A stretch of 63,780 nt of DNA, counting the filler, from Octopus bimaculoides (lineage: Eukaryota): the NCBI RefSeq assembly GCF_001194135.2. It is 4 parts of 4 records of this genome, joined end to end, with 100 filler letters (N's around TTAATTAATTAA, not from the genome) between each part and the next. Parts side by side here need not be neighbours in the genome. Positions count along the whole stretch, not along the records: positions 39,383 to 62,456 come from NC_068997.1; 3 more parts are not named here. One strand, 5' to 3'. The notes under the pieces were generated by a model. It had not been told where the DNA came from. It searched no databases and saw only the letters and a list, made by a program, of their open reading frames with translations. This document shows, piece by piece, positions 39,283 through 53,370 of this stretch. The position numbers and the translations under genes were made by a program. Each line of letters starts with the position of its first letter. The first letter of the stretch is position 1.

Positions 39283-40087
39283 NNNNNNNNNNNNNNNNNN
39301 NNNNNNNNNNNNNNNNNNNNNNNNNNTTAATTAATTAANNNNNNNNNNNNNNNNNNNNNNNNNNNNNNNNNNNNNNNNNNNNTATATGTAACGGTTGAAA
39401 AATGTTAAAGTCGGAGATTACCAATTGTAACGATAAATATCATTTACCAATTGTACAGGTTATAAGGTGAACGATGAAGATGATCAACATTTTTATAGAA
39501 ATATTTTTATTTACCGTTACTTGCATAGTTGCCATACCACGACGGGTAGGTTAGTGTAATTGTATAATGCAGTTCTTAAAACATGCACGGCAAGGAAAGT
39601 TAATTTTTGGCCTGTATAGGTATGTACACTTTCTCATAGTAGTATTTATATAGAGAGAGAGATGGTAGTGTTAAAGAGAAAAGGATGCGAGCTTGTAATA
39701 GTTATAAGGTGTGCGACATTGTCTCACAGTGGCTGACAGTAAACTTCATTTCTCTCTCTGCCAGACTTCGTTTTCCTTGAGTTGTCACCGACTGGTGACT
39801 AAACTAAACTTTGCTTGGGGTCTCCTGTTTTTATAGCTATCTAGAAGGATACTGAGAACAAAGGATTTAGCTGGCGGTCTTGTTATCTCTATTCTAGATT
39901 TGATGGAGTAGAAGAGGTCAGAAAGGGTCAGGTGGTGGAGACACCGCTTCGGCCTAGCTGAAGGCGTCTGGGAAATATCTAACTGCTGTCAGATCAAAAC
40001 CATTGTTCCACCGTGGGAAAAGTTCTGATGCAGTGTTAATTCAAATTTGGGTATAGTGGATCGAATCCACTTCATGCCCGCAAGATT

Positions 40088-40126
<39 letters not shown>

Positions 40127-40319
40127 NNNNNNNNNNNNNNNNNNNNNNNNNNNNNNNNNNNNNNNNNNNNNNNNNNNNNNNNNNNNNNNNNNNNNNNNNN
40201 NNNNNNNNNNNNNNNNNNNNNNNNNNNNNNNNNNNNNNNNNNNNNNNNNNNNNNNNNNNNNNNNNNNNNNNNNNNNNNNNNNNNNNNNNNNNNNNNNNNN
40301 NNNNATATACATATATATT

Positions 40320-40344
<25 letters not shown>

Positions 40345-40355
<11 letters not shown>

Positions 40356-40550
40356 TCTTCCACCACCATTGCTTGACTAATGGTGGTGTGTTTATGTTCC
40401 CATTACTTTGTGGTTTGGCAAAAGAGACTGATAGAATAAGTACTAGGCTTGCAAAGAATAAGTCCTGGGGTCAGTTTCTTTGACTAAAACCCTTAAAGGT
40501 GGTGCTCCTGCATGGCCACAATCAAATGACTGAAACATATAAAAGAATGT
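40345..40550 (+). mobile_element. SINE family A 3' half, CpG-decayed
   Basis: Same tail as the 5.1-kb copy with CG changed to TG/CA. Confidence 0.8.
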
Positions 40551-41024
40551 GTTCAGCGAAAAGAGAAAAAAAAAGTCAAGTCTTAGTTGTTAGATAAGTA
40601 ATAGTAGTCCTGCTTGGCAAGGGCTGATCTGATTGAGCAGACTTATGTGGAAGACCATGCGAGCCATGGCCAGCTCTAATTTTTTTTTTATATCTAGAAC
40701 AAAGATCATACAGTATCTCCTTCTTTTCTGAAAATAATAAGGTGTGATTTTAGGGAATTTGGCTTCTGTTTCTATCAGGTTAAGTGATCACACAGAGGTT
40801 TCTTCTTTGGCTTGTTTGTAATGGTAGTAGTTGTAAGTGATGGTAGGTTTTGTAGTAGAAGTAGCCTTAGTAGTAGTAGTTGTAGTAACGGGGGTGGGGG
40901 TGGTGGCACCAGCAGTAGTTTGAGCAATGATAGAATTAATAATTGTTAGGTAAATGAAAATGCAGTTTTACATGACTATGTTAATCTAACAGCTTTATGT
41001 ATTTTGTTTCAATTCTTTATTTAG

Positions 41025-41104
41025 GTGGCACCAGTGTCTCTGGGGCTCTGGAATGTCCTGCTTCTGAGAAACGAGTCATTATCTCTGTTGATACATCACG
41101 GATG
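41025..41104 (+). CDS. AGPS: AGPS internal exon (80 nt; G-GTSVSGALECPASEKRVIISVDTSRM)
   Basis: tttag acceptor and ATG|gtaaga donor; peptide matches the GGGTSVS...CP...IIS(L/V)DTS(Q/R)M FAD-binding segment of alkyl-DHAP synthase; ends in phase 0, in frame with the next exon. Confidence 0.93.
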
Positions 41105-41546
41105 GTAAGATATTCCACTATACTATATTTTTTTACTATGAACTTTGGCAGGTATTCCATGTACTTCTGTGAGTTTCAGTTAAGATTTGGCATAATTTAA
41201 ACTAGCAGTTTGTAATAATATTTGTTTTGATAATCTGCTTGTGATATCTTGTAAGAGTCTTCCCTGGTTCCTCACAGCTTGTGTGTTTTGTAAAACTCTA
41301 TATTGCCCTGGATTTAGCCCACATCTATTCTTATAAATATTCAATATCTAGAACATATGTTTAGCCTTCTGTATATTCCTCTAACTCACTGGGTTAAGAC
41401 TTGACTACAGATCTGTTGAAACTGGTTTCTAATGATGATGTTTATTGTATTGATTTACTTATGACATTAGCTGTTGTTTTTGCATCCATCAGTTGTATTT
41501 AGTTGCCAGTTTCATCAAGCATATAGCTTTGTTATTATTATTATCT

Positions 41547-41765
41547 AAGGTGGCAAACTGGCAGAATCATTAGCACGTCAGGAGAAATACTTAGTGGCAT
41601 TTCATCTGTCTTTACATTCTGTGTTCAAATTCTGCCAAAGTTGACTTTGCCTTTCACCCTTTCAGGTTTGATGAAATAAGTACCAGTTAAACACTGGTGG
41701 CAATGAAATTGACTAGTCCCCTCCCTTAATATTTCAGGCCTTGTGCCTGTAGTAGAAAGGTTTAT
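41547..41765 (+). mobile_element. SINE family B copy in an AGPS intron, sense
   Basis: aggtggcaaactggcagaatcattagcacg...gactttgcctttcaccctttcagg. Confidence 0.8.
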
Positions 41766-42708
41766 TATTATCGTTTAACAGCTTAAGAAATTTGGGTTAA
41801 AAAAAAATATCTTCGAATTAAAGAGGTCTGGTGAGATTTCAATAAAAAATGCAAAATGCCAGACCAAAAGTTGCATAACTTGGGTGTTTGAGTTGTAATT
41901 TTATAGGCTGAAAATAATGGAATGTTTTCCTTGGCAATGAGTTTGAATATCTTAATAAGGACTTCTGCACAGTCTATTGTTAAGAGCCATGTGTATTTGG
42001 GCTGTAAGATAGCTTATATGTTGTAGAACTATAGCAGTGTCTGCTTTAAACCTTTACCATTCAGGTTACTGTCAAATATAAATATGCTTATTTTCCACAT
42101 TGTTATGAATTAGCCATACATTATCTTGTAGCTTCAAAATTTCAATGATATGATTGTTTATTTTTAGAATGACATTGTAGGGCAGGTGTGAGAAGCCAGA
42201 TCTGCTCAGTTTGAATATAAAGAAGGTACAATATTTAGGCTGAATATGGCTGGTTTAAATGCTGAAAGGTTAAACATCTATTAAAGTTATATGAAGTGAA
42301 GGGAGATGCTGATAAATAATCAGATGGAGAGATGTAAGAATGTTTATATTGAATAAAATGCAGACTGACCTTAATTTAACACTTCATCATTTAAACTGGC
42401 CATATCCAGCCTAAATATTCTACCTGTTTTATGTTCAAACTGTCCAGATCTGGCTTTTCACCCTACGGTATCACTTTACAAATAAACAATCACATCATTG
42501 AAATTTCAAAGTTATGAAATAATGCATGATTAATTTAAAATGATGTGAATACATAAGCATTATATTTGACAGAGGAATCTGAATGCCAAAAGGTTAAAGA
42601 ATGGAGGAAAATGTTTTTAATTTTATATGATATTATTTAAATATTTAAATACTTATATTTCTGTCATGTTCACTTTGAGAAGGGAAACTAAATCACTTTT
42701 CTTTGCAG

Positions 42709-42789
42709 AATAAAATTTTGTGGATTGACGAGGAGAATCTAACAGTATGTGCTGAGAGTGGTATTGTTGGACAGGATTTGGAAAGAAGA
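42709..42789 (+). CDS. AGPS: AGPS internal exon (81 nt; [27 protein letters not shown])
   Basis: ctttgcag acceptor and AGA|gtgagt donor; matches [27 protein letters not shown] of vertebrate AGPS as recalled. Confidence 0.94.
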
Positions 42790-42823
42790 GTGAGTTGACT
42801 TGAAATACTTTAATGAACTCTTT

Positions 42824-45322
42824 TATCATCATCATCATTGTCATCGTCATCATCATCATTTAATGTCCGCTTTCCATGCTGGTATGGGTTGAACGGTTTG
42901 ACTGAGGACTAGAAAGCCAGGAGGCTGCACAAGGCTCCAATCTGATCTGGCAATGTTTCTTCAGCTGGATGTTCTTCCTAATGCCAACCACTCTGAGAGT
43001 GTAGTGGGTGCTTTTTACGTGTCACTGGCATGGGGGCCAGTGAGGCGGCACTGGCATCGACAACATTCTAATGTTGTTTTTTTATGTGCCAGTCAGATGG
43101 CACTGGCATTGACCACACTCATGGTGCTTTTTACATGCTAACAGCATGGGAGCCAATCTGGCAGCACTGGCATTGACCACACTCAAATGGTGCTTTTTAT
43201 GTGCCACCAACATGGGTATAGTCAGGCGGTACTGGCATTTGCCATGACACTGATTTCACTTGACTCAGCAGGTCTTCTCAAGCACAGCATATTGCTTGAC
43301 GATTGAAGTGTATTCTTAAATGGGTCCAGTTATGCAACACTGGCATAGGCTACAGCTGCAATCTCACTTGGCTTGCTGGGTCTTCTCAAGCACAGCATAT
43401 CTCCAAAGGTCTCGGTCACTTGTCATTGCCTCTGTGAAGCTCAACGTTTGAAGGTCGTGCTTCACCATCTCATCCCTGGTCTTCCTGGGTCTACCTCTTC
43501 CACAAGATCCCTCCTCTGTTAGGGTGTGACATTTCTTCACACAGCTGTCCTCATCTATATGTAACACATAACCATATCGGTGCAGTCATCTCTCTTGCAC
43601 ACCACATCTGATGCTTCTTATGTCCAAATTTTCTCTCAGAGTGCTTACATTCTGTCGTGTATGCACACTGACATTACACATCCAGCGGAGCATACTAGCC
43701 TATGCATGTCCTCAGCAGTCACAGCCCATGTTTTGCTGCTGTGTAGCATGGCTGTTCACATACCTGTCATACAGTCTACCTTTCACTCTGAGCGAGAGGC
43801 CCTTTGTTACCAGCAAAGGTTGGAGCTCTTTGAACTTTGCCTAGGCTATTCTTATTCTAGCAGCTACATTCTCAGAGCATCCACCCCCGCTACTGACTTG
43901 GTCACCTAGGTAACGGAAGCTATCAACTACTTCTAGTTTTTCCCCGTCATGTGATGAAAGCTGTTTTCTGCACATTTTCAGTGTTTATTGCCCCTGTGCA
44001 TTTGCCATATACAAAAACTATCTTTCCAGTTAACCTTCCTTTGATATTGCTGCACCTCTTATGTGTCCATAGCTTGCACTGGGTACATCTTATGGAGTTT
44101 CTACCTACACCTTTTTTACAGATCGAGCAGGGCCATCTACCTGAAGGGATTTGTGGTTTGTCTGCCTTCCTACTTACTAAGACTTTGTTTCTTGCTAGAT
44201 TGACTCTAAGGCCCTTTGATTCTAGACAATGCTTCCCCACCTGAAACTTCTCCTCTAGTTCTGGTAGTAACTTAGCTATTAGAGTTAGGTCATCAGCATA
44301 GAGGAGCTCCCAGGGGCATCCTGTCTTGAATTCTTCTTAGCCTGGAGGACTATGATGAATAAGCGGGAGCTAAGGACTGATCCTTGGTGGACCCTACTGA
44401 CAGCATCCCTGTACATGGCTTGTACAGCTCTCATTAACCACTCATCTATCCCTAGTTTCTGCATTGATCATGAGATATGGGATTGGGGGACCTTGTCAAA
44501 GGCTTTCTCCATGTCAATGAAAGCCAAATACAGAGGTTTATCTTTGGCTAGGAATTTCTCCTGCAGCTGTCTTACCAGAAATATAGCATCAGTGGTGCTT
44601 CTCCCTGGCACAAACCAAAACTGCATCTCATCTAAACTAACTTTCTCCCTAATTAGTTGGGCTATGACCTTCTCTGTGACTTTCATCACCTGATCCAACA
44701 ATTTGATACTTCTGTAATTATTCCTATCTAGTGAGTTACTTTTACCTTTGTAGCAGTTGACTATGGTGCTGCTACACCAGTCATTTGGTATGACTCCTTC
44801 ATGTATCACCTGGTTGACTATATGGGTGACTAGACTATAGCCTACACTGCCAGATATTTTAAGCATCTCTGTGGTGATTCCTGATGGGCTGGGAGCTTTC
44901 CTTTGTTCATACCCTTAATTGCTTTATCTACCAAGGTACTGTCAATTCGGATAACTGGTCCCTCTGTTGGGTCAACATTTGGCAGACTCTTTCTCCCATT
45001 CATTCTCTTCATTAAAAACCTTTCATAATGGCATCTCAAAGTCTCTCTCTTTGCAGTATCATTAAATGCAAGTGAGCCATCATCCATGCGGACACATTTC
45101 TCTCCTATGACATTATGATTCTCTCTCACACACTGTCTTGCAACATGAAATACTTTGGTCCTCATGACACAGAACATTGGCAAATTTTTTTTATCTGCTT
45201 CCCCTCTGGCTAAGTAAACTTGTCTCCTAGCTTCCCTTCTGGCGATCTGATACATTTTCCTGCCACTACTGCTTTTCCAGTCCTTCCATGCCTGTTTCTT
45301 TTCCCTAATGACCCTGTCAACT
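42824..45322 (-). mobile_element. 5'-truncated RTE-like LINE (RT, PHD-like zinc finger, 3' UTR, (TGA)n tail), antisense in an AGPS intron
   Basis: RT motifs QF.F.PGRSTTDAIF, FID.EKAFD.VP and ELLYADDL; CSIC...CTQC...HKRC...YGKC; tail (CAT)n on + begins 35 bp after the exon donor. Confidence 0.92.
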
Positions 45323-46029
45323 ACTAATTAACAAATAAATTGCATGCTTTCAAAGCAAAATATTCAACAAATATTTTGAGCAAAGCTTTATGTACTAATT
45401 AGACATGGTTATTCAACATGCTGCTTCTATTCATTAATCCCATGTATCAATATCATCTAAGGCTAGGAATATAAACGTTATATTAAATTTGTATCTTATT
45501 TGTTGCACATGATATTTCTAATATTAAACCAGACATTCACTTCTAAAATCACATCTATTACAAAGGCAGTAAATGTATGAATTCAGCTAGTGATGTATTG
45601 GAGAAGCTATCACTAGAAAATATATTTAGTTTTTTAACATAATCATGTAATAGGATTGGATAATGTTGTTGGTTCAGAAAAGTGCTAAAAGTTGATATTG
45701 CTAGGATTGATAAACTATTGAAGTAAAGAGGGTAAATCTAGAAGTATTGGGTAAAAGTTGTAAAGTTGGATCTGAAATTGAAGTTTTGACTAATGAGATG
45801 ATTCTTATCTGAGCCTTAGATATTATATTGCAGACATATTCAACACATGCTAGCATAGAAAAAATATGGGATATAGCTTTAGCAAAAGATAATGTATTTA
45901 CTGTTCCATAATAGACACAGTACAGTTCTGTATTGTAAACAAACTACAGTTTGTACAATAAATATGTATCCTTGGTAGTAATTTTTGTCAGCTCATATCT
46001 TCCCTTATAGTCAATTTACACTGTCTTGG

Positions 46030-46900
46030 GATTCTCTTGTCAAGTCACACTCTTGTTTTTAGTTGTTAGACTTCATGGTTGTAAATTCAAACATTGTTGC
46101 AGCTCACTGTATTTGTCTTGTATTGTCTCAATCTTCTTGACTTACAAAAATATTCCATTTTTATGTTACAGTTGTGTTGTTGACAAGAGAAAAGATCCAT
46201 TTCTAAAAATGATCAGTCCAATAATATGCAAATCTTCAAAATCTCACTCGTTTTGCTGTAGGTACATGGACATAAAACTATAACTACCACAATAACAATT
46301 CATTTCCATTAGCATCAAAGACAAGCAACTGCAACTTGTATTAAATAACACGTTTAATTTTTAACTGAGGGACTGCCCACATCAGCGAAACAATTCTATA
46401 AGCGCTGTGTCCCACCCACGCATAACAAGAAAACTCCTCACACACCCTACCACAACAAACCAAACTACATCTCTACATCTTTTCTCTTCCTCTCATTTCC
46501 ACTTCATGCTTTATGCCTACCATCCACTTCCCAATCCTGTCCTCTTGGCCCTGTCTCACTGTATCATTGCTATCCACTAACCCTTGACCTGTGTGTTCCA
46601 CTCACATGTAACAAGAAAACTTTTCACACACCCTACCCCAACAAACCAATCTACATCTCTTCTCATCCTCACATCACCTCCTTCATGCACTATGCCTACC
46701 TCTCACTCTCCAATCCTGTCCTTACGGCTCTGTTTCTCTGTATCATTGTTATTTGGCACCCCCCAGCTCTATACATACTCAGGTTTTCACCACTCACTTT
46801 CCCTCTGTACCCTCTAATGACGCCACCATCTATATCTCTCTCTGCTTTTACTTGACCACCCCACTTATATTCTGATCCCAATCCCTTGTGAATATGCCTG
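46030..46900. mobile_element. Highly decayed PLE-like region with ~190-bp tandem duplication
   Basis: Two diverged units (...aacaagaaaact..cacacacccta..caacaaacc...); weak GIY-YIG C-terminal-like remnant DFEDLHIIGL on the minus strand. Confidence 0.35.
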
Positions 46901-47119
46901 GCATTTTACCATCTCTATCCTACTTTCTCCCACTCTCTCTCTCCTCCCGCACTTCCCTCAGGTTGGGTAATCATGCATCTCCTTTGCAGCAGCACACCTG
47001 TTTCTGTCTTCATTCCTGATCTCTCTCTCTCTCTCCAGTTGTGTAACCTTGTACCACCTCTATAGCAAGACACCTGTTTCTGTCTCACTATAACTTTTCA
47101 TCCACCTCCTCTCTTAAAA

Positions 47120-47460
47120 GATTTTTGTCTTGCAAGTTACTTGGTGACCCTGCCAATGCAGGTGTCACTTAAAAACCATCCACTCCACACTGTAAATTGG
47201 TTGGCATTTGGAAGGGCATCCAGCTGTAAAACCTTTGCCAAAACTGACCTTGCCTGTACTTGTGCCACATAAAAACCACTAAGTCCACTCTGCTGGGTGG
47301 TTGGTGTTAGGAAGGGCATTCAGCTGTAAAAATCTTGCCAAAACAGTCACAGAAGTCTGGTGCAGGCTAATGCCTGGCTGGCTCCCGTCAAACCATCCCA
47401 CCCATGCCAGCATGGAAGGTGGACGTTAAATGATGATGATGATGATGATGGTGATGATGA
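47120..47460 (+). mobile_element. 3' UTR fragment of the RTE-like LINE
   Basis: gttggcatttggaagggcatccagctgt...cccatgccagcatggaaggtggacgttaaa(tga)n matches the 3' end of the 42.8-kb LINE. Confidence 0.8.
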
Positions 47461-48935
47461 AATAACGATTTATTACTTTGTTGCTAATTGTGTTTTATAT
47501 TCTGGACAAAGCACTAAATGTCTTTATCTTAACTAGGAGTAATAGATAAAATCTGAAAAAGAATTACTATAAATAAAGTTTATTTATATGTTTAAAACAT
47601 GATCTTGCTGTTGAATAGAACTTAGGGAATATTCTCTGTAACATGAATCAAATTGATTGTGCTGTTTTGAATTTGTTAGAGTTTGCTTAATATGCTACTA
47701 TGATACCAAGAAGAAACAACTTATAAACCTCCAACAAAGATGCTTTAATTTACCCAGGTGATCTAATTTACAGAATGGTGTTAATTTGACTGTTGAAAAA
47801 GTTATTGGTACACCCGCACAACAAAAATTTTAATATTTCCTTTACCTTTCACATCCCTAACAGCAACACTTCCTTGATACCACTTACTTTTCATACTTCC
47901 CTGAACCATTTCACTTGTTAGCCACCAACCATCTGTTAATATTTTCTTTCCACCCACACTTTCATTGATCACCCACTGAACCTCCAAATTATCCCTCCTC
48001 ATCCATAACCATACATCTCTTATTCACCTCATGCACTATGCCTTGCCACTCTCTTCTCCACCTACTCCTGCAACCTATTCTAATGTCATCCATCTCACAT
48101 CCTTCTCCTGTCTACTGTTTCATCACTACTATTCTACTGATTTGCACTGTCAGTCATCTCCTACTCATCCACTCACTTCTGGCCCCTTTGCTCCACTCAT
48201 TTCCACCCATTTTGTACCTTGATGGCCCTGATACCTTATCATCATTTTTGTTTTGTTATTTTTTTTGCCCCACCTAATCACCCTGCCCTCTTCTAAAGTG
48301 TGAGTAGTCATGTAGCTCTTCTACAGCAAGAAACCTATTTTATTCTGACCCCTTTTTCTCAAGGGCATCCAGCTATAGAAACCATACCAAAGCAGACACT
48401 GGAGCACAATGCAGTGCTTGACCCCATTGGGTCATATCAAACCATCCCATGCTAGCTTGGAACATAGATGTTATATGATGATAGATAGTCTCATTGTGAA
48501 ATACAACTTGGGGAATGTACCTCAAATTCTTAGCAGACTATATTTTAAGCATAAAATTTTCACAAACTGAATGTCAACTGATGTACCATTTGATGTTATA
48601 CTTACAAGAATGAAATATTGTATGTCTTAACCAATACTTTACTCGTGTTGATTACTGCATTACATGTCAAACATTACTTTACTCATGTATTGTGTTGATA
48701 ACGACTGATGCAAGTGAAATAATGATCACCTGAGTTGATCCGTATTTCACTTGTGTTGATTATTGAGACCCACTTATGTTTTGATCATTGCTTCAGTCAC
48801 ACATCAACCACTGGATTCATTCAGTCATGCCTTGGCCAAATGTTCTCTCATATGTTGATCAATACTACACTTATGTATTAACCAAGGCTTCATTCTTAAT
48901 CAAATCACTCTTATTCTGCCACAAACTTTGTGGGG

Positions 48936-49236
48936 AAGGCATGTGGCTAAGTGGTTAGGGTATTCAGCTTATGATCATAAGGTTGTGAGTTTGACTCCTG
49001 GCGGTACATTGTGTCCTTGAGCAAGACACTTTATTTCACTTTGCTCCAGTCTACCCAGCTGGCAAAAATGAGTTGTATCTGTATTTCAAAGGGTGAGCCT
49101 TGTCACATTCTGTGTCACATTGAATCTCCCCAAGAACTACATTTAGAGTATGACACTTGCATATTAATTTCATGAGCAAGCTTTCTGTTGATTGGATCAG
49201 CTGGAACCCTCCTTGTCATAAGTGACAGAGTGCCAG
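48936..49236 (+). mobile_element. SINE family C copy
   Basis: gtggctaagtggttagggtattcagc...gtgagtttgactcc...gtgtccttgagcaagacac. Confidence 0.8.
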
Positions 49237-49321
49237 TTACAATATTAAACTGAGTCACAAAGAGACCATTTCTATTAATGATCATTGTTGACTATTTTAA
49301 TGTTGCTTATTATTGTTGAGT

Positions 49322-49637
49322 ACTTTCATCATCTTCATCATCATCATCATCATTGTTTTCCATGCTGGCATTGGTTGGACAGTTTGACAGGAGCTGACCA
49401 GTCAGAAGACTGCACTATACTTCTGTGTCTGTTTTGGCATTGTTTTTATGGCTGGATGTCCTTTGGAACACCAACTACCCTGCAGAGTGGATTGAGCTTT
49501 TTACATGATACCAGAATAGGCGAGATGAGTTTTGGCATGGTTTTTACAGCTGGATGCCCTTCCAAACACCAACCACATTACAGTGTGGACTGGATGCTTT
49601 TTATGTGGCACCAGCACTGGCAGGGTCACCAAGTAAC
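49322..49637 (-). mobile_element. LINE 3' fragment with 27-bp TSD immediately upstream of an AGPS exon
   Basis: ttttaatgttgcttattattgttgagt at 49295-49321 and 49638-49664 flanks a (CAT)n-tailed LINE 3' end. Confidence 0.8.
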
Positions 49638-49669
49638 TTTTAATGTTGCTTATTATTGTTGAGTTTTAA

Positions 49670-50215
<546 letters not shown>

Positions 50216-50520
50216 ATCTCAGTTCAATCATCTTTGGTAAATAGATCTAAATCTTGTGAGAAATGACTCTTGTAATGATGTCTTGCCCAGAAAGCAGTTC
50301 ATCTGCCATCTATGTTACTCTGCTGAATGGGTTATGAAACAGTTTATCAAGTGTTGTAGTTCATGGTACCATTATTATTTCTCTTTATTTTTATAAATGT
50401 TTATAAATGTAGTCAGATATGGTCTGGAGGTGTACATTGTTATTAACTGATCTCAGTAGTACATGCTGCACTTGGTCGTGCAGTGAAAGCATGCAATAAA
50501 AATAAGACTATTGAATTAAA

Positions 50521-51436
50521 GTAACAACAACAACAACAATACTTTCTACTGTAGGCACAAGGCCTGGAATTTGTGGGGAGGATGCTAGTTGATTAGATTG
50601 ACTCAGTACTCATCTGGTATTTATTTTATTGATCCTGAAAAGATGAAAGGCAAAATCAACTTTGGCAGAATTTGAATGTAGAGAGCTGAATAATTATAAT
50701 TATGATAAAACACATACAATATTTCCGAAAAGTGGTGCAATCGTGTAGAAGAAAAAGCTCTAAAGGAGTTTGGTAAACCTAAAATTCTACTGGGTTTTGA
50801 CATAAATAGAATACTTGAACACAGTTGATCAGATATCATTATGCATGACATTAAAAAGAAAGAGATTGCTTCATAAAAGACTTAGTAATTCATTCAGACA
50901 AAGAAGTGTAAAAGATCCTGAACTACACTGAATTACAAGTAGAGATATCAAGGTAGGGGCAGTGTTCAGTAGTGAAAGTGCTTGTTGTACCAGTTATTAT
51001 CAAAGCATGAGGTTCATTTTGAATTGTTGGGCATCAAGACAGATATAGGAGTGTTCCATAAACTTTTTTTCTTTGGAACAGATCATATTCTTGGGAAAGT
51101 ACTTCTTCCAGTTTCAGGTTTTTTGTTAACACTTGGCAAGTTAGCATGAGGAAAAACAACACAGATCAGTATTTTATGTCCATACTGAGCAATGATATGA
51201 TATGAAAGAGTAATAATAGTTTCAAATTTTGGCACAAGGCCAGCAATTTCGAAGGAATTTGGTAAGTTGATTACATCGACCCCAGTGTTAAACAGGTATT
51301 TATTTTATTGGCCCTGAAAGGTTGAAAGGCAAAGTTGATCTTGGTGCAATTTGAACTCAATGTAAAGACGGATGAGATGCTGCTAAGCATTTTGCCCAGC
51401 ATGCTAACAATTCTGTCTGTTCACTGCCTTAAATGA

Positions 51437-51468
<32 letters not shown>

Positions 51469-52390
51469 TGATGATTCTTCTTCTCCTCCCCTGTCCTTCT
51501 CCTTCACCACTTTGGCATAAAACTAGCAAAGTTGAGGGAAGAGGAAGCTGATTACATTGACCCCAGTGCTGAACTGATATTTATGTTATCAGCCTCCAAA
51601 AGGCAGTTGACCCCGTAGAATTTGAACTCAGAACGTAATGAGCTGGAAGAAGTACCATTAAGCATTATCTTATCTGATGTAATGATTCTCTCAGCTCACC
51701 ATCTTAATTGTTTTAAATTTTGGCACAAAACAGCAATTTTTAGGAGAAGAGGGTTAGTTGATTATATTGACCCTAGAACTTAAATGGTACTTATTTTATG
51801 AACTCCAGAAGGATGAAAGGCAAAGCCAACTGCGGCATGATTTGAACTCGGAATGTGAAAAAAAGCAGAAGGAATGCTGCTAAGCATTTTGTCCAATATG
51901 TTAGTAATTCTGACAGCTCACCACTTTCAATAATTATAATAACCCTTTCTATTAAAAGCACAAGGCTTGAAATTTTGGGATAGGAGGCTAGTCAATTACA
52001 TCAACCCCACTGGTCAACTGGTACTTATTTTATTGACCCTGAAAGGAAGAAAGGCAAAGTCATCCTTGGTGGAATTTAAACTCTGAAAGGCAAAGTCAAC
52101 CTCGGAAAAATTTGAACTCAAAATGTTGCTAAGCATTTTGTCCACCATGCTAACAATTCTGCTAGCTAACTGCCTCCAGTAATAATAATAGTACTTTCTA
52201 CTATAGGTACAAGGCCTGAAATTTTGCGGTTGGGGGCCAATTGATTACATCAACTCTAGTGCTCAATTGGTACTTATTTCATGAACCTCGAAAGGATGAA
52301 AGGCAAAGTTGATCTCAGTAAAATTTGAGCTCAGAATTGAAATATAGACAAAATGCTTAAAATCATTTTGTCTGGCATGTTAACAATTCT
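50521..52390 (-). mobile_element. Cluster of six same-orientation SINE family B copies (about 50521-50690, then five between 51215 and 52390)
   Basis: Repeated ggcacaaggc...gattacat.gacccc...atgaaaggcaaagt...aatttgaactc...gctaagcatttt units separated by (AAT)n. Confidence 0.85.
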
Positions 52391-52424
52391 GAATCTAATG
52401 TTTTGCTTTATTTTCATACTCTAG

Positions 52425-52538
<114 letters not shown>

Positions 52539-52904
52539 TGAGTGAAAATAAGATAAATTTCTTTTGTCAAATTCTGTTAAAATAATCATAAAAATGAGAA
52601 TACTGGACCAAATGTTTTACTACATTTAATTTCATTTCAATTATATTGTGAGCTAGAAGTTGATAAAAAAATAAAGTTGATGAATAAATGTTTCATTTTT
52701 TATGCCTCCTGGGTTGATCAGTAATGAATGAGTGTTACAGGTGAAATATCTAAGGATGAAACAAACTCAGAACTCAAATGCAGTCTCAGTTTGAGTAAAT
52801 ACTCTTGTGTGGTTATATTGTGTAGCATGTTGTGTTCTTGTTTGATTCTGTTGAGTGCAGCATAGTATGGCAGTCTGTGACTTTCAGTTTGGTTATGTTG
52901 TGTA

Positions 52905-53310
52905 GAGTGAAGGCTTATGGTCTAGCGGTTAGGGTATTTGGCTCACAATTATAAGATTGTGAGTTTGATCCCCAGCAGTGCATTGTGTCCTTGAGCAAGA
53001 CATTTTATTTCATGTTGCTCCTGTCAACTCAGCTAGCAAAAATGAGTAGTACTCATATTTCAAAAGGCCAGTGTGTCACATTCTGTGTCATACTGAATCT
53101 ACCTGAGAACTACATAGGAGGAATGGCAACAACATGCAACCCTGGAAAACTCCAGTGATGTCAAAGTGTTTCCATTTTTCTATCTTTGCACAGCAAATAC
53201 TTCTAAAGGGTACGGAGTGCTCAGCCATTTACACATTAATTTTATGAGCAGGCTGTTTTGTTGAATGGATCAACTGGAACCCTCATCGTTGTTACTGACA
53301 GAGTGCATTA
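52905..53310 (+). mobile_element. SINE family C copy
   Basis: Matches 48936-49236 (ggtctagcggttagggtatttggctcac...gtgtccttgagcaagac...ggatcaactggaaccctc). Confidence 0.8.
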
Positions 53311-53370
53311 TTTTGTTGCTTAGACGTTAGGGTATATTATATGATGTAAATCATGATAGTCTAGACATGT

